Source: Eledone cirrhosa
Taxonomy: Eukaryota
Reading direction: 5' to 3'
Assembly (NCBI GenBank): GCA_964016885.1
Contig: OZ024743.1
Span: 246,698,001 to 246,762,000, forward strand
DNA length: 64,000 nucleotides
The first letter of the stretch is position 1; every line of letters begins with the position of its first letter. The notes beneath the pieces were generated by a model, which worked only from the letters and a program-made list of their open reading frames with translations, was not told where the DNA came from and did no database searches. Below are positions 37,479-48,000 of this stretch, piece by piece. Both the position numbers and the translations under genes were made by a program.

Positions 37479-39200
37479 CTTCTTTGGACTTTTACTCAAT
37501 AATTTAGTTTGACCAGATCCAGAGATAGAATATCTAGTATTTTTAGACTTAAATATTTTCCTTTCTGTTGGTTTTTCTTTTGTTGTTTGCCGGGTGTAAG
37601 TTTTAGCTGTTTTCATTGTTAATGATTTATCATAAGTGTCATCAAGATCAAAAATATCTGCACTAGTAGAGTTCTGATCATTATCGCTTGACACAGAATT
37701 ACACGTGTCATTCATAAAATTAAAGTCATCGTCCTCATCTAATTTAAACAGATCATCATATTCATTGTGCTTCAGCACATTGGCAGAATTAATTTCTTTC
37801 TTGCTGCTCGGCCCATCAGATCCCGTAGAATCGTCTTTGTCATCTAGTGAAAACAATTTTATAGATTCTTCATCGGAATGGTCATTGAACATCTCGACAT
37901 CAGTCTCAGCAAAAGTCAACTGAGACGATCCACCTTTCTCAATCTCATCTAAACCTTTACGCACCTCCTCAGGAGACAGTGGAGGTGGCCCCTCATCACT
38001 GCTGTCTGAAAAAACAGGGCTGCGCCTCGGTGAAATGATACTTGGTTGCTTCTCTTCACTTACATTCACGGATTTCTTTTTAATAATCTTATCAAATAAC
38101 TCACTGGCAGTTTCCCTGGGAGTTTTCTTAAGAGTTTTGATATTTTCCATTCCTTTTGGCTTACAAAGGAATATTATAGTTGTTCCACGGTTATTTTTCA
38201 CTTCACTCCGTGAGATGACTGTACTGTTTGTAAAACTGTCTTGACTGTCACATAAAACAGTATTAGATGCATGGGCACTGATGGGTGCATTGGCTTTAGT
38301 TTTCGATTTTACAATATGTTTAGGAGGAGTACTGGCTGGAACAACAGACATAGGTAGCTTATGATTTGTGTATGTACGGAATATAGGTTTCCGTTTAAAT
38401 TTGTAACTGTCATCATCGGTATTCTCTTCAGGTGGAGGCAAATTGCTTAAAACAGATATCAACTTCTCAGGAGAAGACTGAGCACTCAACGTGATGCAAG
38501 ATGAAGGTTCTGGATTGTTGGAATGTTGGGTAGAAACACCAGAGCTATTTTGAGAAAGGAAGAATTTCTGTGAATATGAATAGTCACTGACTTTGATGGT
38601 CATTTTCTGAGAAGAAGAATCCAAAGAGAGTAGATCCTGGTGGGGATTACTGTGCAAGTTAGTAAACTGGTCTATCGTAGATTGACGCATGCTATCAGTT
38701 CGTTTAGTCGGACTCACAGAGTAGGTTTTAGCTGACCTATACAAAACTTTATCAGGATCTGTGTTAGGCAATGGTTTTACTGATGTAGAATCCATACTGT
38801 AGTCATTGAAGTTCTTCTTGGTTACGATGCCAACAGCAGGGGCTGTGACAATAATATTTTTCTGTGATGCATTTGAATGCAGAGGTACCATAGTTATAGA
38901 ACTACGATTTGTCCCTTTTAAATCTTCGGATTCAAAGCTAAATGGATCATCAGAAAGGTCGTCATCAAAACGAGTTCTTTTCGATATTTCCATATCAGTA
39001 TCTCTGGGAAATTTTGCCTCTGGATCCCTGTCCCTTCGCCCACGTACAGCTGTGAACGAAGTTTTCCCCCATTTTTGGATAAGAGGAGATGCTTTTACTG
39101 ATAAGCTTTTGTTATTTTTGTTGTGTATTATATCATCAAAGGCACGACTTGAAGCGGATTCAGACGATCTACCGTACGTTTTCATGGCACACCGCTTCAT
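37479..39200 (-). CDS. WAPL: Wings apart-like protein homolog, first large coding exon (N-terminal disordered region, 574 codons)
   Basis: MKTYGR...AFDDII...KWGKTSF...DDPFSFESED matches the WAPL N-terminus as I recall it (KTYSR...FDEVF...KWGETTF...DPFGFDSDD). It ends KIFKSK...KSPKK, similar to KIF...RSPTK. Acceptor polypyrimidine-TTTCAG precedes 39214, ATG is at 39200 (alternative at 39185), and donor AAG|GTAAGC follows 37479 in phase 0. The ORF-track extension to 39362 and 37440 is intronic. Confidence 0.85.
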
Positions 39201-40944
39201 TTTAGTGAAGGGCGCTGAAATAAATAGAAAAAAAAAATCAATTATGAAAATTGCATCATAGAAAATATGTAAAGAAAATAATGTTACATATATATTGCAA
39301 TACAGCAGTGAATATACTATAGTATAACAGTGAAACACACTGATGTACAAAAGCAGACACAATGTAGTGCATTAGTATGTTTACTATAGTACAGTAGTGA
39401 ACACACTAAAGTACAGTAGCGAATACTCAACTCTACAGTAGTGAACACATCACACTACAGTAGTGAACACACCACAGTACTGTAGAGAACATACTACAGT
39501 AGAAGAAAATAGAGGTAAAAAACTTTGAGACAAAGTCAATTGTTAGACACATATTACTTCTTTTTTCAATACTCATAAGGGTAATACAGATCTGCAAATT
39601 CAAATTTTTTACATAAGTTGTTGAAATGGTATTAGTATTCTGCTCCAAGGTAAAAATTCTGACATATTATTTCTCTATCACCTCTGCTTTAACCCTTTGA
39701 TGATCATATTTCTAATGAAATACACTCTATTTCAGTTAGTTAAGGAAGAATTTTGAAGGGTTTACTAAAGTTATTATTTCATGAATAAGATAGTAACTTA
39801 TCACATAGGTTCATATATAAAATTTATGGATGAAGATTTATATTTAAATAGGTACTTTTTAAAATGGATGGTTTTGTTTCATAGAACCAGAGCCAGTTTT
39901 GGCTGGGTTGATAGAAAAAGAGTTACAGAACTCCTAAAGGTCAATAGTGACCTGGTTGTTATTTAACCCAGAAGTCAGTTCTGATCAAGCATACCCATAA
40001 CCAAAGGCATTCCAGCCATAGCCAACAAATTATTTTTTTATATATTTAGGATTATATTGTAGCATGTGCCCTTCCTTTTTTTAGACAGTGGCATGTTGTT
40101 TGAGGGAGATTTGGTTGCTATTTCTAGCAGGATAAGTGACCATGTAGAGGATGCCAGATCAACAACACTATTATTGTTTTATTATTCTCATCTCATGTCT
40201 TATCCTTATCTAATAGTAACATATCCACATATGAGAGAAGAGAAAAAAAAAAAAAAAGGTAGCTCACATCTATGCAGGTTTAATCAGCCTCCTACACTTT
40301 GCATCCCATCTGAGGGTTTTCAGGTGTTTAGGGACCCATTTCTTTCATGAAAAGCAATGTGAAATGAAGCATCTTGCTTAAGAACACAATGTGCTGCCTG
40401 GACTAGGAATCAAACCCCTGACCTTATTATCAACATCCTAACCACGAGGCTATGCACCTTTTATTCTCCTCTTATGTCTTATCCTCAGCTAATATTATCA
40501 TCAGTTGCAACAAACTGCAACAATGATGAGTCAGAATCTCCTCCAGCTTTTATCTGGTAATGTTTAACAACACCAAACCCTCACACGAGACTCCACTTGT
40601 CATGGTGGATGGTTTCCAATTTCAGTAGTTCCTCTCACTACAAATGCCATCTCCAGTGACCTTTCATCTCCACAAGACATTTTAGCTGTGATTATTAGAT
40701 GATTACTAATGGTGGAAGATAGGCAGAATTGTTAGAACATCACACACACACAAGAAAAAGTTCTGAGTTCAAATCCAGCTGAGATCAACTTTACTCTTCA
40801 TCTTTTTGGGATTAATAAAATTAAGTACCAGTCAAGTACCAAAACTGCTTGAAACTGTTCCTGGTTCTATGATACAAAACTGTTTATTTTGATTATTTCA
40901 TTACCATATTTGTAATTAATTACACTGCAGATATCTTCCAATTA

Positions 40945-41385
40945 CCATATATACTCGAATATAAGCTGACCCCTCTATGTTATGTTTGAAAAATAGGCAA
41001 AAATCCAAACCCTGTTTATAAGCTGAGGTAGCTAATCAACAGATTATGTTTAGAGAGTGTGATTTTGAAATTCTCATGAGTGGAAAATATATTTATGACG
41101 TTTTAATATTTTGATATTTAAAATGTTTTAAGTGCTGTTTAGAATATAGTTTTTGTTTCACAATTCCATTACGTAATGATTTAAAAAAAAAAAATAATTT
41201 CCGACTATTTTGAAGGCTATATTCATACAAAACATTAAAAACAATAAGATATTTTCACCTTGAAAGTGAAACCGGTGTAATATTCACCACCAAAGTGAAA
41301 ATATTTTAGCACATCATTTACGTAGAATTTCAAACCATCAATCTTTTTGTCACATATTTCTTGGCTTACATATGAGTATATAAGG
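40945..41385. mobile_element. Tc/pogo-type non-autonomous DNA transposon (MITE)
   Basis: TA|CCATATATACTCGAATATAAGC ... GCTTACATATGAGTATATAAGG|TA imperfect TIRs; second copy at 44406-44865. Confidence 0.75.
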
Positions 41386-41748
41386 TAATTTTTAAAATAA
41401 TAAAAAGTTTGGAGAAATTCATTAAAATCAGCTTTTTCATTAGTAAGCTGATGTTTGGAATGTTGCTTAACAAAAAATTCTCAAATATAATTATGATGAA
41501 AGGTCTTAATATAAGTATGATCATAAAAGGGCAGTTTTATAGCATACATCCAGTTTCAGAGAGGTTGTATGCTATAAAACTGTCTATATAATTTATTTAA
41601 AAAAAAAACTTCTATCATAATTTTATGCAAGAATCCTTGCCCAGTTATATTCCAAACAGCAGTATGGTAATGAAAGGGTTGACTTTCTCTGACCCCACCT
41701 CAATTGTTGATCTTGTACTTAAATTTAAAACCATTATTAACTGACTAG

Positions 41749-41749
<1 letters not shown>

Positions 41750-41832
<83 letters not shown>
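41750..41832. repeat. (TA)n microsatellite
   Basis: Pure TA run. Confidence 0.95.
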
Positions 41833-41836
<4 letters not shown>

Positions 41837-41977
41837 AGTTTATGTTGGTTGTATACCAACACCTCAGTATGCAGGCTGGAGCACTCGACAAAGTGCGCAG
41901 GTTGGTTTGGTTACTCCGGAGTAGTGTAAAATAAAGTTAAATAAAAGTCAAATGATTAAAATTTAGCTTCGTTTATT

Positions 41978-42032
41978 ACTGCTATATATATTTCAGTGAC
42001 AGCCATCTTTGGCTGTGACCTCTTCAGGCAGT
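41978..42032 (-). ncRNA. Type I minimal hammerhead ribozyme motif (left arm)
   Basis: Exact reverse complement of 42176-42230. Confidence 0.8.
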
Positions 42033-42175
42033 TTGAATTAGTATGGTATAGACAAGTACATATGTTGTTTAGGTGTATAATATTGTCAATACTCTGATAT
42101 GCCCAGTTCCTTGTTGGGTTGTTAATTCACTGAGGAATCCAGTTCCTCAGTGAATTAACAACCATACTAATTCAA

Positions 42176-42230
42176 ACTGCCTGAAGAGGTCACAGCCAAA
42201 GATGGCTGTCACTGAAATATATATAGCAGT
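42176..42230 (+). ncRNA. Type I minimal hammerhead ribozyme motif (right arm)
   Basis: Stem I ACUGC/GCAGU, core CUGAAGA, stem II GGUcACAGCCA-aaga-UGGCUGUcACU, GAAA, minimal stem III U-AUAU-A with a palindromic loop, and cleavage triplet AUA ending at 42225. Confidence 0.8.
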
Positions 42231-42487
42231 AATAAACGAAGCTAAATTTTAATCATTTGACTTTTATTTAACTTTATTTTATATATATATATATATATGT
42301 AGATAAATCTACCAAAATGTACGGTAGTGTCCAATCCGTATGAAGAACTCAATGTAATCCGAATATCATGAAAAGAGATGTATTCAAACATTTTTTTTCG
42401 ATGAAAAACACAGGAAAAACAGAGTCAAGATAAATTAATAAAAATAATGAATAAAAACAAAGAAACAGTTCCTTATATTAAAAAATT

Positions 42488-42621
42488 CATCATTTTACGA
42501 TCATTTCTAGGATATATATGTGTGTTGGTATGTATATCATATAGATCTATGTAAAATTTTTACAAACTATCAGAGGGAATATACATACCTACACATATAT
42601 ATGCTGTCTTCAGAAATAATG
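42488..42621 (-). ncRNA. Type I minimal hammerhead ribozyme motif with expanded stem II (same family as 6068-6216)
   Basis: On the minus strand: stem I CAUUAUUU/AAAUGAUG, CUGAAGA (42613-42607), long stem II AUAUAUAUGUGU-a-GGUAUGUAUAU ... AUAUACAUACC-aac-ACACAUAUAUAU, GAAA, U-GAUC-G, and GUA triplet. Confidence 0.72.
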
Positions 42622-43183
42622 TATATATATATAGGGAGAAATGACCACCATCTTATTAGTTATTGGCAACCATCTACCCCCATTTAAAATAATTTAAAAA
42701 ATAACAATATTTTATGTCTCAAATTTATGCTAGTGTTTTTCTTATTTGCCACACACACTACTACCAAAGATGGCCCTATAATCATACTATCAATACTACC
42801 ACTGGTACCACCTCCAGTGCAGGTGGTAACATGTTGCATGAAAGAGATTTAGCTTCTATTTCTAGCAGGTCAAGTGACTATGTAGAGGATTCCAGGTCAA
42901 CAACATATCCCCTGCCTTATTATTCTTACCTCATGTCCTATCCTTAGCTAATACCACATACCATCAACAGCTTCAACAAACTGCAAAAATGATAAGTCAG
43001 AATTTTCTACACTTTCCATCAAGGTGTGTGGCTGGAAGGTTAGGCTGTTGGACTCACAATTGTGAGTTTGATTACTAAACAGGGTAGCTTATTGTGTTCT
43101 TGAGCAAGGCACTTTATTTCATGGGGCCCCTATCATTAAAGCATCTGAGGGAACCTCTTATGAGAGGCAACCCTGAAGGAAGA

Positions 43184-43757
43184 CATCATCATCATCATCA
43201 TCATCAACGTTTAACGTCCGTGTTCCACGCTTGCATGGGTTTGGACGGGGATAGTCCCACTTGAGGCAAGAGTGATTGTCTTGCTCGCATAGGACTGTCT
43301 GGCAGGTTTTCTACAGTTGGATGCCCTTCCTAACACCAACCACATTTACAGTGTGGGTCTGGGAGGTTTTTGCCGTGTTGCCTACACGGCCACATTACAG
43401 CGTGGACTGTGTGTTTTTTTGTCGTGACACCTACACGATCTCATTTGTTTCGGCCTGGATGGCGCGGCACCAACATAACTTTACATAGGAGGGGGTGGTG
43501 TGGGTGGGGTGGGGGTGGTGGCGGGACGGGGTGTATTTTGTTAGAGATGCCTACTGGCAAGGCGGGTCTTCTCTGTTACTGAGTACCGCCAAAGGTCTCG
43601 GTCCAGTGACATTGTCTTGGAGAGGTGTAAGTGTGTGAGGTCGGAGTTTATCAGCTCATCCCAGGTTTTTCTAGGTCTGCCTATTCCGTGGCTACCGTCT
43701 ATCTTTATTGCCCTGCACTTTGTTATACAGCTATCGACTTTCATGCGCATCACGTGT
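43184..43757 (-). mobile_element. RTE-clade LINE, heavily 5'-truncated young copy
   Basis: Nearly identical to 5305-5895 (MRMKVDSCITKC...RYSVTEKTRL), with a small deletion near 43557 and a (CAT)n tail. Confidence 0.92.
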
Positions 43758-43884
43758 CAGTTAAATCTAAATACATGTGAACTGTTAATTTTATTTCCAT
43801 TTTAACCTACCCTCATCATTTAAACATTCTTTACTTTATCAAGTTTATTCTGCAGTAGATTGATAGACCATCCTTATTTCTCCT

Positions 43885-44330
43885 TTATCACCACTATCAT
43901 TACAAATGGTGCTACAACCTTCAGTATCACTATCACCACCACCATCACTGATGGTGCTCAAACCTCCAGTACCACTACCACCACAACCGCTTTCTCCAGC
44001 CCCACCAACCATGCTACTACCTCTAGTTCCACCACCACCACTAATGGTGCTACAACCACCAGTAACATAACCATTACAGGTACCCCAACTACCACCAGTC
44101 ACAAGTACCACTACAACCATTATCACTTGTGTCACCATCAGTCACTGATGCCACCACCACCACCACCACTATGACTATCATGAGTGTAACTACAACCAAC
44201 ACTGCTACTGGTGCTACTACCACCACTACTACTGTCACTGTTGCCATTACCATTACTAACACTGTTGCCATTACCATTACTAACACTGGTGCCATTAACA
44301 CTACAAGTACTGGTGCCATTACCGCTACAG
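43885..44330. repeat. Degenerate (ACC/ACT)n trinucleotide low-complexity tract
   Basis: Cryptic triplet periodicity producing Thr-rich and Val/Gly-rich spurious ORFs. Confidence 0.8.
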
Positions 44331-44405
44331 ATTAACTTGGGTGGAAAGGCAAAGCAGCTTCCTGTAAATTACCTAAGTATATTTCCAAACAAAGAAGTGT
44401 AATTA

Positions 44406-44865
44406 CCATATATACTCGAATATAAACCAATCAGAATATAAGCAGACTCCTATTTTCTGCCTGAGAAATGGGAAAAAAATCCAAACCCCATATATATAAG
44501 CTGGGGTTGCTAATCAACACATGTTTTAGATGGTACAGTTTTGAAATTCTCATGAATAGAGAATATTTATGACGTTTTAATATTTTGATATTTAAAATGT
44601 TTTAAGTGTCATTTAGAGCATAGTTTTTGTATATGTGATGAATTTGAAACCATTTTTTAAACTGTTTTGAAGGCCATATTCATTCGAAAGATAAAAAATG
44701 AATTTCACATAGAAAGAGATACTAGTCTAATATTCACCTCCAAGGGAAATATGTTTAGCAGTTCATTTACGTAGAACCAGCAAAATACTAGCCTCAAGTA
44801 CAAGCTGAGCATATTTTACCATCAATTTTTCTATCACATATTTCTCGGATAATATATGAATATGT
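44406..44865. mobile_element. Tc/pogo-type MITE, second copy
   Basis: Colinear with 40945-41385 (shared AATATTTATGACGTTTTAATATTTTGATATTTAAAATG). Confidence 0.72.
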
Positions 44866-45003
44866 ACTGAAAGAACTTTTGTAAAATCATCTCTCTCTTT
44901 TTCTCTTTTCCATATATCGTAATTCATTAAATTAACATAGTTTTACTTCCAAGGCAGACAATGTGGTTTAGCAAGACATTTTAATGAAATGTTTTTATGG
45001 TTG

Positions 45004-48000
45004 GACTGCCTCTGTCAGTTGTAATACTCAGACAAGCTATGTCAGATGTGATAGATTGTCTCTATCAGTTGTGGTAGTTAGACTGTCTGGCAGTTGTGAT
45101 AGTTAGACTAGCTCCATCAGTTGTGATAGATTGTCTCAATCAGTTGTGACAGTTAGACGTCTCTGTCAGTTGTGATAGTTAGACTGTCTGTCAGTTGTGG
45201 TAGTTAGACTGTCTCTGTCAGTTGTGGTAATTAGACTGGCTCTGTCAGTTGTGATAGACTGTCTCTGTCAGTTGTGATAGTTAGACTGTCTGTCAGTTGT
45301 GATAGACTGACTGTCAGTTGTGATAGTTAGACTGTTTCTGTCAGTTGTGGTAGACTGTCTCTGTCAATTGTTATAGACTGTCAGTCAATTGTGATAGTTA
45401 GACTGTCTCTGTCAATTGAGAGAGTTAGACTGTCTCTGTCAGTAGTGACATATAGGTTGTCTCTGTCAGTGGTGATAGTTAGACTGTCAGTTGTGACAGT
45501 TATACTGTCTCTGTCAGTTGTGATAGTCAGACTGGCTCTGTCAGTTGTGATAGACTGTCTGTCAGTTGTGGTAGTTAGACTGTCTCTGTCAGTTGTGATA
45601 GACTGTCTGTCAGTTGATAGTTAGACTGTCTGTGTTAGTTGTGGAAGTTAGACTCTCTGTTAGTTGTGGTAGTTAGACTGGCTCTGTCAGTTGTGAAAGT
45701 TAGACTGTCTCTGTCAGTTGTGGTAGTTAGACTGTCTGTCAGTTGTGATAGTTAGACAGACTCTGCCAATTGTGGTAGTTAGACTGTCTCTGTCAGTTGT
45801 GATAGAATGTCTCTGTCAGTTGAGACAGTTAGACTGTATCTGTCAGTTGTGATAGTTAGACTGTCTCTGTCAGTTGAGAGAGTTAGACTGTCTCTGTCAG
45901 TTGTGGTAGTTAGACTGTCAGTCAGTTCTGATAGACTGTCTGTGTCAGTTGTGATAGTTAGACTGTATCTGTCAGTTGTGGTAGACTGTCTCTGTCAGTT
46001 GTGAGAGTTAGACTGTCTCTGTCATTTGTGATAGTTAGACTGTCTCTGTCAATTGTGATAGACTGTCAGTCAGTTGTGATAGTTAGACTGACACTGTCAG
46101 TTGTGACAGTTAGACTGTCTCTGTCAGTTGTGATAGTTAGACTGTCACTGTCAGTTGTGGTAGTTAGACTGTCTGTCAGTTGTGATAGTTAGACAGACTC
46201 TGTCAATTGAGGTAGTTAGAATGTCTCTGTCAGTTGTGATAGTTAGACTGTCTGTCAGTTGTGCTAGTTAGACTCTCTGTCAGTTGTGGTAGTTAGACTG
46301 TCTCTGTCAGTTGTGGTAGTTAGACTGCTCTGTCGTGTTAGACTGTCTCTGTCAGTTGTGGTAGTTAGACTGTTTCTGTCATTTGTGGTCGTTAGACTGT
46401 CTCTGTCAGTTGTGGTAGTTAGAATGTCTCTGTCAGTTGTGGTAGTTAGACTGTATCTGTCATTTGTGATAGACTAGTTGTGAAAGTTAGACTAGCTCTG
46501 TCAATTGTGATAATTCGACAAACTCTGTCAGATGTGACAGTTAGACTGCCTTTGTTGGCTGTGCTAGTTTGACTGGCCCTGTCAGTTGTTATAGTTAGAC
46601 AAGCCCTGTCAGTTGTGATTGTTAGACTAGGTCTATCAGTACTTATAGTTAGACTGTCCCCAAAAGGTTGTGATAGACCGGTTGTGTATATTTTAATGGT
46701 GGGAGTAGATTTGTCAGTAATGGTAGTTTGACAGCCAATGTTTCATAACTAACCTTGTCATTTGTGACTATTAGACCGTTGTGACAATTAGACTGGCTCT
46801 GTCAGTTGTGATAATTAGACTGTTGTATCAGTTGTGATAGTTAGACTGGTTCTGTTAATTGGAATAGGTGGACAGCTCTGTCAGTTGTGATAGCTTGACG
46901 GGCTCCCAAAGTTGATAGTATGACATGCTGTCAGCCTTGATAGTTAGGCTGGCTACATCAGTTATAATAGTTAGACAGGCTTTGAAAATTGTGAGAGTTA
47001 GACACACTGTCAGTTGTGACAGTTAGACACACTCTGTCAGTTGTAATAGTTAGACTATCTCTGTCACTTGTGATAGTTAGACTAGCTATGTCAGTTGTGG
47101 TAGTTAGACAGGTTCTATCAGTTGTAATATTAGACTGTCTCTGTCAATTGTGATAGACTGTCAGTCAGTTGTGATAGTTAGACTGTCTCTGTCAGTTGTG
47201 ATAGTTAAACTGTCTCTGTCAGTTGTGATAGTTAAACTGTCTCTGTCAGTTGTGATAGTTAGACAGACTCTGTCAGTTGTGGTAGTTAGACTGTCTCTAT
47301 CAGTTGTGATAGTTAGACTGTCTCTGTCAGTTGTGATAGTTAGACTGTCTGTCAGTTGTGGTAGTTAGACTGTCTCTGTCAGTTGTGGTAATTAGACTGG
47401 TTCTGTCAGTTGTGATAGACTGTCTGTCAGTTGATAGTTAGACTGTCTCTGTGAGTTGTGATAGACTGTCTCTGTCAGTTGTGATAGACTGTCTGTCAGT
47501 TGATAGTTAGACAGTCTGTGTCAGTTGTGGTAGTTAGACTGGCTGTCAGTTGTGATAGTTAGACTGTCTCTGTCAGTTGTGATAGTTAGACTGTCTCTGT
47601 CAGTTGTGGTAGTTAGACTGTCTGTCAGTTGTGATAGTTAGACAGACTCTGCCAATTGTGGTAGTTAGACTGTCTCTGTCAGTTGTGATAGTTAGAATGT
47701 CTCTGTCAGTTGAGACAGTTAGACTGTATCTGTCAGTTGTGATAGTTAGACTGTCTCTGTCAGTTGTGAGAGTTAGACTGTCTCTGTCATTTGTGATAGT
47801 TAGACTGTCTCTTTCAATTGTGGTAGTTAGACTGTCACTGTCAGTTGTGATAGTTAGACTGTCACTGTCAGTTGTGATAGTTAGACTGTCACTGTCAGTT
47901 GTGACAGTTAGATTGTCTCTGTCAGTTGTGATAGTTAGACAGACTCTGTCAATTGAGGTAGTTAGACTGTCTCTGTCAGTTGTGGTATTTAGACTGTATC

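Larger units (their letters stand above)
41927..42281. repeat. Fold-back element: 121-bp inverted arms with a nested 21-bp palindrome
   Basis: 41927-42047 is the reverse complement of 42161-42281. An inner hairpin pairs 42117-42137 with 42143-42163. Confidence 0.92.

Noticed and set aside
39201-39362. Hydrophobic N-terminal extension of the 640-aa ORF (signal or transmembrane-like)
   Set aside because: It lies mostly upstream of a clear splice acceptor before 39214 and is intronic read-through of AT-rich sequence.
43845-44402. Mucin-like Thr-rich or Gly-rich ORFs
   Set aside because: They arise from a degenerate triplet tract that is open in several frames on both strands, with no supporting splice structure.
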